The position numbers were made by a program, and so were the translations under genes. Positions 24,287 to 32,000 of a DNA stretch of 32,000 nt are shown here, one piece after another. A model generated the notes under the pieces. It was given only the letters and a program-made list of their open reading frames with translations. It did not search any database and was not told where the DNA came from. The number at the start of each line of letters is the position of its first letter. The first letter of the stretch is position 1. The DNA is taken from positions 102,905-134,904 of the forward strand of contig NZ_VLIY01000005.1 of NCBI RefSeq assembly GCF_007489285.1. Reading direction: 5' to 3'. This stretch comes from Skermania sp. ID1734 (GTDB taxonomy: Bacteria; Actinomycetota; Actinomycetes; Mycobacteriales; Mycobacteriaceae).

Positions 24287-25401
24287 GGGGTGGGGGTCGT
24301 GGGCACCGACCGCTGTTCGGGGCCGGAGTACTCGGCAAGCGGGCGGATCAATGCATTCGCCCCCAACTGCTCGATGATGTGCGCGGTCCACCCGGTGACT
24401 CTGCTGGACACGAAGATCGGCGTGAACTCCTCGATGTCGAACCCCATCAGGTAATAGGCAGGGCCGGCAGGGAAATCGAGGTTGGGCTTGAGCCCGGTCT
24501 CGGCCTCCATCGCGGTCTCCAGGGCGGAATAGATCTCGAGCCACTTGTCGCCGTCCGTCGCCGCCGCCACGGCGTCGAGCGCGGATTTCATTGTGGGAAC
24601 GCGGGAATCGCCGTGCTTGTACACCCGGTGCCCAAAACCCATCACCTTGTCGTGGGCGTCCAGCTTGCCGCGCAGCCACTCGTCGACGTTTGCGGCGTCG
24701 CCGATGTCCAGCATGTCGCGCATCACCGCCTCGTTGGCGCCGCCGTGCAGCGGACCCTTCAGCGCGCCGATGGCGGCGGTGACCGCGCTGTAAATGTCCG
24801 ACATGGTGGAGGCGACGACACGTGCCGCGAAGGTCGAAGCGTTGAAGCTGTGCTCCGCGTAGAGAATGAGTGACACCTGAAATGCCTTGGTGAGCTTAGG
24901 ATCCGCGGCACCGAAGCACATGGTGAGGAAGTTCTCGGCGAACCCCAACTGGTCACTAGGCGGGATCAGGTCTTGTCCCCGACGGCGCCGCAGATCCGCG
25001 GCTATCACGGTCGGTATGACGGCGGTGATGCGTAACGCCTTGGCAAGGTTGGCATCTCGCGAGTTGTCGTTCTCGTTCGGATCTGTCGCGCCGAGGTAGC
25101 TGACCGCTGTGCGTAAAACGTCCATGGGATCGCAGTTCTCGGGAAGGCTCGTCACCATCGAGAGCAGGGCATCATCTGCCCGACGTAAACCGCGCTCGCG
25201 GTCGGTGAACGCCGAAAGCTCGCTCGCGGAAGGCAGTTCGCCATACCACAGTAAGTAGGCAACCTCCTCGAAGCTGCAGGACTCGGCCAGCTCGCCGACC
25301 GGATATCCGCGATAGATGAGCGAGTTGGTATCGGAGACAACGTCGGAGATGGCGGTGGTGTCGACGAAGACGCCGTCGAGGCCCTTCTTTATATCGGTCA
25401 T
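24277..25401 (-). CDS. prpC: 2-methylcitrate synthase (citrate synthase family)
   Basis: 374 aa. DIKKGLDGVFVDTTAISDVVSDTNSLIYRGYPVGELAE matches the M. tuberculosis PrpC N-terminal region as recalled. Citrate-synthase motifs GPLHGGANE and GFGHRVYK are present. Its ATG overlaps the prpB stop (ATGA). Confidence 0.9.
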   Translation of the reverse strand: MTDIKKGLDGVFVDTTAISDVVSDTNSLIYRGYPVGELAESCSFEEVAYLLWYGELPSASELSAFTDRERGLRRADDALLSMVTSLPENCDPMDVLRTAVSYLGATDPNENDNSRDANLAKALRITAVIPTVIAADLRRRRGQDLIPPSDQLGFAENFLTMCFGAADPKLTKAFQVSLILYAEHSFNASTFAARVVASTMSDIYSAVTAAIGALKGPLHGGANEAVMRDMLDIGDAANVDEWLRGKLDAHDKVMGFGHRVYKHGDSRVPTMKSALDAVAAATDGDKWLEIYSALETAMEAETGLKPNLDFPAGPAYYLMGFDIEEFTPIFVSSRVTGWTAHIIEQLGANALIRPLAEYSGPEQRSVPTTPTPRA

Positions 25402-26315
25402 TGCCGGTCCTGTTCCAGTGCAAAGTTGTAGATGCCGGAATCGAATTCGTTGTAGTTGGCGTATCCGAGCAGCTCGTAGAGCTCGGTTCGGTGCTGCATG
25501 CGGTCCAGGAGGGCCGATTGGGTGCCGGTGTCAGCGATTTCGCGCAATCCCTGTTCGACGGCGAACATGGCCAGCCGCAGCGTCGTGACCGGATAGATGA
25601 CCACGTTGTAGCCGAGGTTCTGCAGTTGCACGGCGGACAGCAGTTTGGACTTGCCGAACTCGGTCATGTTGGCCAACAACGGGATCGACACGGCGGCGCG
25701 GAAGCGCTCGAACTCGGATTCATCAACCAGCGCCTCGGTGAAAATCAGGTCCGCCCCGGCGTCGACGTAGGCTTTCGCCCGGTCGATGGCGGCGTCGAGC
25801 CCCTCGATGGCGCGGGCGTCGGTGCGTGCGCAGATGACGAAGTCGGGATCGCGGCGAGCCGAGACCGCGGCGCGCACGCGCTTGACCATCTCCTCCGTGT
25901 CGACGACCGCCTTGCCGTCGAGGTGACCGCAACGCTTCGGATTGACCTGGTCCTCGAGGTGCATTCCGGCCAGTCCCGCGTCTTCGAGCATCGTGACCGT
26001 CCGCGCAGCGCTCATCGGCTCACCGAATCCCGTGTCGGCATCGAGCAGCGTGGGTAGGTCAGTGACCCGGGCGATCTGGCCGCCACGTTCGGTGACCTCG
26101 GACAAGGTGGTCAGGCCGATGTCAGGCAGGCCGAGGTCGGCCGACAATGCCGCTCCGGAAACGTAGACCCCGTCGAAGCCCATGCGTTGCACCAGCATTG
26201 CCACCAGCGGCGAGAACGCTCCGGGGAGCCGCTGGATTGTGCCCGAGGAGAGTCCAGCACGAAACGCCGTGCGCTTGTCATGGGCCGGTGTCGGTGCGGC
26301 GATCACGCGCGACAT
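25398..26315 (-). CDS. prpB: methylisocitrate lyase (ICL/PEP-mutase superfamily)
   Basis: 305 aa. Motifs GAFSPLVA, GLPDIGLTT, HLEDQVNPKRCGHLDGK (the KRCGH active-site loop) and ARTDA. The start abuts the prpD stop. Confidence 0.9.
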   Translation of the reverse strand: MSRVIAAPTPAHDKRTAFRAGLSSGTIQRLPGAFSPLVAMLVQRMGFDGVYVSGAALSADLGLPDIGLTTLSEVTERGGQIARVTDLPTLLDADTGFGEPMSAARTVTMLEDAGLAGMHLEDQVNPKRCGHLDGKAVVDTEEMVKRVRAAVSARRDPDFVICARTDARAIEGLDAAIDRAKAYVDAGADLIFTEALVDESEFERFRAAVSIPLLANMTEFGKSKLLSAVQLQNLGYNVVIYPVTTLRLAMFAVEQGLREIADTGTQSALLDRMQHRTELYELLGYANYNEFDSGIYNFALEQDRQ

Positions 26316-27824
26316 CTAGAACAACCCCTTTCCGACGGTCGGGGCGCCGGCGAGGAACTCCTCGGACACCGTGAACGTCAATTGGTCCAGCTGGCCGGGG
26401 CCAAGATCGGCGGTCGCGGCTGCTGCGTCGAGAAAGCGCTGTTGCTCGGCGTCCTCGATCACCCCCTCGGCGAGGGTGTGGAACTTGGCGATGTAGTCCT
26501 CGCGCGCAAACGGTTTGGCACCTAACGGGTGCGCGTCGGCGACCGCTAGTTCGTCGACGATCACGTCCCCGTTTTGCATGGTGATCTCGGCACGGGCGCC
26601 GAACGCCTTTTCGGCCGGATCCGTCGAGTGATAGCGCCGGGTCCACTCGGGATCTTCGGCCGTGGAGATCTTGCGCCACAGCTCGACGGTGTCCGGGCGC
26701 GCCGCGCGCTCCGGCGCGTAGGAGCGCTCGTGGTGCCAGTCGCCGTCCTGCAATGCGACCGCGAAGATGTACATCACCGAGTGATCGAGCGTCTCCCGGC
26801 TGGCGTGCGGGTCGAACTTCTGCGGATCGCCCGAGCCGGTGCCGATCACATAGTGGGTGTGATGGCTGGTGTGCAGCACGATGGATTCGATCTGATCCAA
26901 GTCCGGTATGCGCGAGCGCATCCGACGGGCCAGATCGATGGGCGCCTGACTCTGATACTCCGCGGAATGAGCCTTCGTGTAGCTGTCCAGAATCGCGCGC
27001 TTGGGCTCGCCCGGTCCGGGCAGCGGGATGACGTATTCGGCATCGGGTCCGCTGAGCAGCCAGGCGATGACCCCGTCCTCGCCCTCCCAGATCGGTGCGG
27101 GCGAGGTCTCTCCCCGCATGGCCCGGTCGACCGCTTCCACAGCCATCTTTCCCGCGAAGGCCGGCGCGTAGGCCTTCCAGCTCGAGATCAGGCCCTTGCG
27201 CGATTGGCGGGTCGCTGTCGTGGTGTGCAGCGCTTGCCCGACGGCCTGATAGATGGTTTCGGTGTCGAGCTTCAGCAGCGTGCCGATCCCGGCCGCGGCG
27301 GAGGGGCCGAGGTGGGCGACATGGTCGATCTTGTGCTCGTGCAGACACATCCCCGTCGCCAGATCGATCTGGATCTCGTAGGCGGTGGCCAGCCCGCGGA
27401 TCAGGTCCGCGCCTGAACGCTCGGCATGTTGGGCCACCGCCAGGACCGGCGGAATGTTGTCTCCCGGATGCGAGTACTCCGCGGCCAGAAACGTGTCGTG
27501 AAAGTCCAGTTCGCGCACGGCCACGCCGTTGGCCCAGGCTGCCCACTCGGGCGAGAACCGCTCCGCCCGCGACAGGCCGAACACCGTCGACCCTGGCGAG
27601 AACGGGTGCCGCATGGCCTGCGCGCGGGCACTGGTGACCGGTCGCCGGACCAACGCAGCGGCTGCCACGGCCGCGTCGTCGATGATCCGGTTGACCACCA
27701 TCTCCGCGGTGTCGTCGGGCACCGCCACGGGATCTGCCGCGACTTCGGCGATCTTTGCCGCCAGGTGCTCGGACTGTGGAAAGTCCTCGGCGGAGCGATG
27801 CGTTCGCACGGTGTGGGCCTGCAT
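26316..27824 (-). CDS. prpD: 2-methylcitrate dehydratase
   Basis: 502 aa MmgE/PrpD-family sequence, first gene of the prpD-prpB-prpC array. The composition is coherent and ATG 27824 is the only start compatible with the 49-bp upstream gap. Confidence 0.92.
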   Translation of the reverse strand: MQAHTVRTHRSAEDFPQSEHLAAKIAEVAADPVAVPDDTAEMVVNRIIDDAAVAAAALVRRPVTSARAQAMRHPFSPGSTVFGLSRAERFSPEWAAWANGVAVRELDFHDTFLAAEYSHPGDNIPPVLAVAQHAERSGADLIRGLATAYEIQIDLATGMCLHEHKIDHVAHLGPSAAAGIGTLLKLDTETIYQAVGQALHTTTATRQSRKGLISSWKAYAPAFAGKMAVEAVDRAMRGETSPAPIWEGEDGVIAWLLSGPDAEYVIPLPGPGEPKRAILDSYTKAHSAEYQSQAPIDLARRMRSRIPDLDQIESIVLHTSHHTHYVIGTGSGDPQKFDPHASRETLDHSVMYIFAVALQDGDWHHERSYAPERAARPDTVELWRKISTAEDPEWTRRYHSTDPAEKAFGARAEITMQNGDVIVDELAVADAHPLGAKPFAREDYIAKFHTLAEGVIEDAEQQRFLDAAAATADLGPGQLDQLTFTVSEEFLAGAPTVGKGLF

Positions 27825-27873
27825 GCTCCGGGGATTACCGATGCGCGCGGATTCGCAAACGTATCGTTGACTG

Positions 27874-30654
27874 ATGGCGCCGCGACCCGGTTTCGATGTG
27901 CGGGCGTTGCGCGCGCAGTTGCGCGGCGAGGTCGATGATTCGCCCCGGCGGCGAGCCGAATACTCCTCGGACGCCTCGAATTATCGAGTGCCCCCGGCCG
28001 CTGTCGTCTTCCCCCGAAGCGACGACGACGTGGTTGCGGCCGTCCAGTTCGCCGCCGAAAACGGCATCCCGGTGACTCCGCGCGGTGGCGGAACGTCAGT
28101 CGCCGGCAACGCTATTGGTCCGGGATTGGTGCTCGACTTCAGCCGTCACCGCAACGCGATCATCGACCTCGACCCGCAGGCGCGCACGGCCGTTGTCCAG
28201 CCGGGGGTGGTGCTCAGCGACCTGCAGCAGGCCGCGAGCGCGTACGGCCTGCGCTTCGGGCCAGATCCCTCGACTCAGAACCGCTGCACCCTCGGCGGCA
28301 TGATCGGCAACAATGCTTGCGGTCCGCGGGCGCTGGCGTGGGGGCGTACCGCGGACAACGTGCGTGAGGTGGTGATTCTCGACGGTCGCGGTACGCGCCG
28401 CACGCTCGCGGACGATCTCGATGTTGTCGCCGGGCTGCCGCAGTTCGTTGCGGCAAACCTCGCGCTGATTCGCACCCATCTCGGTACGTTCGATCGTCAA
28501 GCATCGGGATATGCACTGGAGCGCTTGCTGCCCGAACGTGGTGAGCGGGTGGCCCGCGCATTCGTCGGCACCGAGGGAACCTGTGGAGTGCTGCTCTCGG
28601 CCGCAGTGGAATTGGTGCCCATCCCCGAAGTCACCGCCGTAGTTGCCCTGGGTTATCCGGAAATGGCGACCGCCGCCGAAGACGCCCAGGAACTGCTCTC
28701 GGAACGACCCTCGGCGCTCGAAGGCCTCGACGCTCGACTGGTGGAAGTGCTTCGCGCGCACCGTAAGCCGGTTCCAGACTTGCCGCGAGGCACCGGCTGG
28801 CTGTTCATCGAGGTTGCCGGAGATTCCGGGGCCGCCGCCCGTGCCGCCGCGGAACGACTGTGCCGCAAGGCGCAAGCACTGGATCACCGGATCGTCGACG
28901 ATCGGCGCGAGGCCGCCGCGCTGTGGAAGATCCGGGCCGACGGCGCCGGACTCGCAGGCCGCACCTTGGACGGCGAACCGGCGTGGCCCGGTTGGGAAGA
29001 TGCTGCGGTACCCCCGGCGCGGCTCGCGGACTACCTCCGCGGTTTCGACGAGTTGATGCGCGACTACGGGCTCCACGGTCCGATGTACGGTCACTTCGGC
29101 GACGGCTGTGTGCACGTGCGGCTGGACTTGCCGATCAAGCAGGCGCCGCACCGATTTCGGGCATTTTTGCTCGACGCGGCCCGATTGGTCGCCGAACACG
29201 GTGGCTCGCTCAGCGGGGAACACGGTGACGGCCGCGCGCGCTCCGAGCTGTTGCCTATCATCTACTCACCGCAGGTGCTGGCCGCGTTCGCCAACTTCAA
29301 GGCGCTTTTCGACCCGGACAACGTGCTCAATCCCGGAGTGCTCGTCGATCCGCTGCCCATCGACCGAGACCTACGCCTGCCACAGGCACCCCGGCTCACC
29401 GTGCGTGGGATGGCGCTGCCGCATGATCGAGGCGACCTCAGCATGGCCGCCCATCGCTGCGTTGGCGTCGGAAAGTGTCGCGCCACAGGTGGATTCATGT
29501 GCCCGTCGTATCAGGCCACCCGTGATGATAAGGACAGCACCCGCGGCCGGGCCCGAGTGCTGCAGGAAATGGCCAACGGCCAACTGGTGACAGATGGTTT
29601 CGACGACCCCGCCGTCGCGCAGTCACTCGACCTGTGCCTGTCCTGCAAGGCCTGCGCGTCGGACTGCCCGGCCGGGGTGGACATGGCCACCTACAAATCC
29701 GAGGTGCTCTACCGCCGCTACCGGCGGCGGCTGCGTCCGATGAATCACTATGTGCTCGGCCAGCTTCCGCGCTGGCTGCGGCTGGGATCGAAAACGCCTC
29801 GGCTGGTCAACGCGCTGTCGCGTCGACCGTTGCTGCGACGGTGGGGCTTGGCCGCTGCCGGCATCGACTCTCGGCGGAAAGTTCCAGCGCTCGCTCGTGA
29901 GTCGTTCCGGGCCTGGTGGCATCATCGGCCCGCGGCGGCCGCCGAACCCTCGGTGCTACTGTGGATCGACAGCTTCACCAACGCGTTTTCCCCCGAAATA
30001 GCTGTTGCCGCCGTCGAATTGCTCGAATCTGCCGGATACGGCGTGCGGATCGTCGCCGATCCGGTGTGCTGCGGGCTCACGTGGATCACCACCGGCCAGC
30101 TGGACGGCGCCCGAAAGCGACTGAGCAAGACCGTCGAAGCGTTGGCGGAGCACGCGCTTGCCGGGGGATTGATAGTCGGGTTGGAGTCCTCGTGCACCGC
30201 CGTGTTGCGTTCGGATCTCGTCGAGCTGTTGCCTGAAGATCCACGAGCCGTGGCGGTCTCGGCCGCGGTACGTACGCTCGCGGAAGTTTTGGCCGACGCC
30301 CCACGGTGGCGACCGCCGCGCCTGGATGGTCGGCGGTTGGTGGTGCAGCCGCATTGTCATCAGCACGCCGTGCTCGGCTTCGATGCGGACCGCCGGCTAC
30401 TGGCGCAGACCGGCGCAAACGTCACCTACATCGAAGGATGTTGCGGACTCGCCGGAAATTTCGGCATGGAACGCGGCCACTATGAAGTGTCGGTGGCGGT
30501 TGCCGAGAACGGCATCCTCGCCGCCTTGCGTGATGCGCCGGACGCCGTGCTGGTCGCTGATGGGTTCTCCTGTCGCACTCAGGCCGACCAGCTTGCTGGT
30601 CGGCCTGGAGTGCACTTGGCGCAGTTGTTGCGCGAAGCTACGCGCGAAACGTGA
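27874..30654 (+). CDS. FAD-linked oxidase fused to Fe-S and CCG domains (GlcD + GlpC/LutA-like; YdiJ-type 2-hydroxyacid dehydrogenase candidate)
   Basis: 926 aa. N-terminal FAD_binding_4 ([14 protein letters not shown]) and FAD-oxidase C-terminal domain ([10 protein letters not shown]). Two 4Fe-4S cysteine clusters (CVGVGKCR...C..., [12 protein letters not shown]). Two CCG motifs ([20 protein letters not shown]). Confidence 0.9.
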   Translation: MAPRPGFDVRALRAQLRGEVDDSPRRRAEYSSDASNYRVPPAAVVFPRSDDDVVAAVQFAAENGIPVTPRGGGTSVAGNAIGPGLVLDFSRHRNAIIDLDPQARTAVVQPGVVLSDLQQAASAYGLRFGPDPSTQNRCTLGGMIGNNACGPRALAWGRTADNVREVVILDGRGTRRTLADDLDVVAGLPQFVAANLALIRTHLGTFDRQASGYALERLLPERGERVARAFVGTEGTCGVLLSAAVELVPIPEVTAVVALGYPEMATAAEDAQELLSERPSALEGLDARLVEVLRAHRKPVPDLPRGTGWLFIEVAGDSGAAARAAAERLCRKAQALDHRIVDDRREAAALWKIRADGAGLAGRTLDGEPAWPGWEDAAVPPARLADYLRGFDELMRDYGLHGPMYGHFGDGCVHVRLDLPIKQAPHRFRAFLLDAARLVAEHGGSLSGEHGDGRARSELLPIIYSPQVLAAFANFKALFDPDNVLNPGVLVDPLPIDRDLRLPQAPRLTVRGMALPHDRGDLSMAAHRCVGVGKCRATGGFMCPSYQATRDDKDSTRGRARVLQEMANGQLVTDGFDDPAVAQSLDLCLSCKACASDCPAGVDMATYKSEVLYRRYRRRLRPMNHYVLGQLPRWLRLGSKTPRLVNALSRRPLLRRWGLAAAGIDSRRKVPALARESFRAWWHHRPAAAAEPSVLLWIDSFTNAFSPEIAVAAVELLESAGYGVRIVADPVCCGLTWITTGQLDGARKRLSKTVEALAEHALAGGLIVGLESSCTAVLRSDLVELLPEDPRAVAVSAAVRTLAEVLADAPRWRPPRLDGRRLVVQPHCHQHAVLGFDADRRLLAQTGANVTYIEGCCGLAGNFGMERGHYEVSVAVAENGILAALRDAPDAVLVADGFSCRTQADQLAGRPGVHLAQLLREATRET

Positions 30655-30663
30655 CTGCCGCGA

Positions 30664-30759
30664 TTAGCTCCCGAAGGGCAGCGTGCCCGGAGCGATGGCG
30701 TATCCGCTGCTACCAGCGGGCAGCAAGCCGAGGAAGAAGTTCAAGATCGCGGTGATCAT
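30664..30759 (-). CDS. possible very small hydrophobic peptide (31 aa; 36 aa if started at ATG 30774)
   Basis: MITAILNFFLGLLPAGSSGYAIAPGTLPFGS. 26 of 30 codons end in G/C. GAAAGG lies 7 nt upstream of ATG 30759. The gene is divergent from pirin. There is no database support I can cite. Confidence 0.3.
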   Translation of the reverse strand: MITAILNFFLGLLPAGSSGYAIAPGTLPFGS

Positions 30760-30881
30760 GCAGTTGCCTTTCATAACCGGGGCCCCGACCCGTTCTAACA
30801 ATTTCAAGGTACAAGCTACCGAGCGGATGGCCCGGTTGGCGATTTCGATTGCAGTACGAATCGGGCGAGCAGAATGAATGC

Positions 30882-31862
30882 ATGAGCAATCTGGAGGCAA
30901 AGACCGCCGTCCTTACGTGTCAGGAATCCGGTGCCGACGACGCTTCGGTGGAGGTGTTGACCGCCCGCGATGTGCCGCTCGGCGGGATCCGGGCGATGAA
31001 CGTTCGACGGACACTTCCGCAGCGCGCCCGGTCGCTGATTGGCGCGTGGTGCTTTGCCGATCATTACGGCCCGGATGATGTCGCCGAGACCGGCGGTATG
31101 CGCGTCCCGCCGCACCCGCACACCGGATTGCAGACCGTGAGCTGGCTTTTCTCCGGAGAGATCGAGCATCGGGACAGCCTCGGCACGCACGAGATGGTCC
31201 GGCCGGGCGAGCTGAACCTGATGACCGCTGGACACGGGATCGCGCACAGCGAGGTCTCGACCGAGGCAACAAAGATCTTGCACGGCATGCAATTGTGGGT
31301 GGCACTGCCCGAGGGCGCGCGCGATACGGCGCCGGCGTTCGAGCACTATGCGCCGTCGGTAAAGAACATTGCGGGCGGGCGTGTCAGTGTGTTCTTGGGC
31401 ACACTTGCCGGTGAAACCTCACCGGTTCGGACATTCAGCCCTTTGTTGGGCGCCGAGATCAGCCTCGACCCGAACGCCACCATGGACCTCGAGGTGGATG
31501 CCGAATTCGAGCACGGCGCCATCGTCGACGCCGGGCCGGTGGAGGTCTGCGGGACGCGCATCGAGCGCGCGGAACTTGGGTTCCTCGGTCCCGGCCGGAC
31601 CACACTGCGGTTGCGCAACCTCAGCGATGACCGTGCCCGGCTCGTCCTGCTCGGCGGTGCGCCGTTCGGCGAGAAGATCGTGATGTGGTGGAACTTCGTC
31701 GGTCGCAACACCGACGAGATCGCCGCGTCACGACGGCAGTGGCAGGCCGAGATCGGTGACGGCGCGACCGACGAACGGCAGTTCGGCGCTGTTCCCGGCT
31801 ACGAGGGCGGTCCGATTCCGGCCCCGGTGCTGCCGAACCTCCCGTTGAAGCCGCGCGGGTGA
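30882..31862 (+). CDS. pirin-family (bicupin) protein
   Basis: VRRTLPQRARSLIGAWCFADHYGP, PPHPHTGLQTVSWLFSGEIEHRDSLG and NLMTAGHGIAHSE are pirin N-terminal cupin metal-site motifs. ATG 30882 is preferred over TTG 30849. Confidence 0.9.
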   Translation: MSNLEAKTAVLTCQESGADDASVEVLTARDVPLGGIRAMNVRRTLPQRARSLIGAWCFADHYGPDDVAETGGMRVPPHPHTGLQTVSWLFSGEIEHRDSLGTHEMVRPGELNLMTAGHGIAHSEVSTEATKILHGMQLWVALPEGARDTAPAFEHYAPSVKNIAGGRVSVFLGTLAGETSPVRTFSPLLGAEISLDPNATMDLEVDAEFEHGAIVDAGPVEVCGTRIERAELGFLGPGRTTLRLRNLSDDRARLVLLGGAPFGEKIVMWWNFVGRNTDEIAASRRQWQAEIGDGATDERQFGAVPGYEGGPIPAPVLPNLPLKPRG

Positions 31863-32000
31863 GCGTCGCGCAAGCGTGCGAGCGCAGCCTCGAAACCGCC
31901 GTTCCGGTCAATCTGGCGCTAACCCTTGCGCCGCTGCGTCGCGGACGGGCCGACCCATGTCACCAGGTTGCCCGCGACGGCGCCATCTGGCGCACGTCAC
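31859..32000 (+). CDS. 5' end of a probable HhH-GPD DNA-3-methyladenine glycosylase-family gene (continues beyond the window)
   Basis: GTG 31859 overlaps the pirin TGA (GTGA). The open frame reads VSVAQACERSLETAVPVNLALTLAPLRRGRADPCHQVARDGAIWRTS. The L.PLRRG..DP....dG..WR pattern resembles N-termini of actinobacterial AlkA-like glycosylases. Only 47 codons are visible. Confidence 0.4.
   Translation, partial: MSVAQACERSLETAVPVNLALTLAPLRRGRADPCHQVARDGAIWRTS

Noticed and set aside
26278-27546. 422-aa minus-strand ORF in an alternative frame of prpD
   Set aside because: It is an out-of-frame reading of prpD, dominated by Arg/Gly/Pro. The PrpD frame gives a coherent MmgE/PrpD-like protein.
28096-29223. 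375-aa minus-strand ORF
   Set aside because: It is antisense to the FAD/Fe-S oxidoreductase and has no motifs, so this is a shadow ORF.

Overview
High-GC (about 66-68% by eye) actinobacterial chromosome. The gene content looks Mycobacteriaceae-like: a Lon protease with a mycobacterial-type N-terminus, a TIGR00027-type SAM methyltransferase, an MspA-like porin, VapBC, a PLDc_N protein and a prpDBC operon. The window is densely coding and I see no rRNA, tRNA, CRISPR array, transposase or integrase. Content from 5' to 3': (1) a tightly coupled hopanoid biosynthesis cluster: hpnE tail, polyprenyl synthase, squalene-hopene cyclase, an apparent HpnG-like nucleosidase::IspH fusion, and radical-SAM HpnH; (2) a CsoR/RicR-family metal repressor divergent from a lipoprotein gene; (3) a small membrane protein plus an SseA-like sulfurtransferase; (4) vapBC followed by lon; (5) a coupled secreted SxxK hydrolase and PAP2/IPC-synthase-like membrane protein, then a SAM methyltransferase; (6) an MspA-like porin, a GT2::GtrA fusion and a rhomboid-like protein whose tail overlaps a convergent PLDc_N gene by 254 bp; (7) a fadE-tetR operon with a perfect 14-bp inverted repeat upstream; (8) a NarL-type two-component system split by an odd pyrimidine-rich spacer; (9) an SRPBCC protein and an AcuI/YhdH reductase; (10) a divergent pair of low-complexity exported proteins, one His-rich with 15/30-bp repeats; (11) the prpDBC methylcitrate operon; (12) a 926-aa FAD/Fe-S (YdiJ-like) oxidoreductase; (13) a tiny hydrophobic-peptide ORF, a pirin gene, and the start of a probable DNA glycosylase. 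No canonical defence or mobile system is visible. The most unusual items are the HpnG::IspH fusion within a hopanoid cluster in a mycobacterial-type context, the His-rich/QNP-rich exported protein pair, the HK-sORF-RR junction, the long convergent overlap, and the small PorH-reminiscent peptide. All homology statements come from motif recognition by eye, not from database searches.
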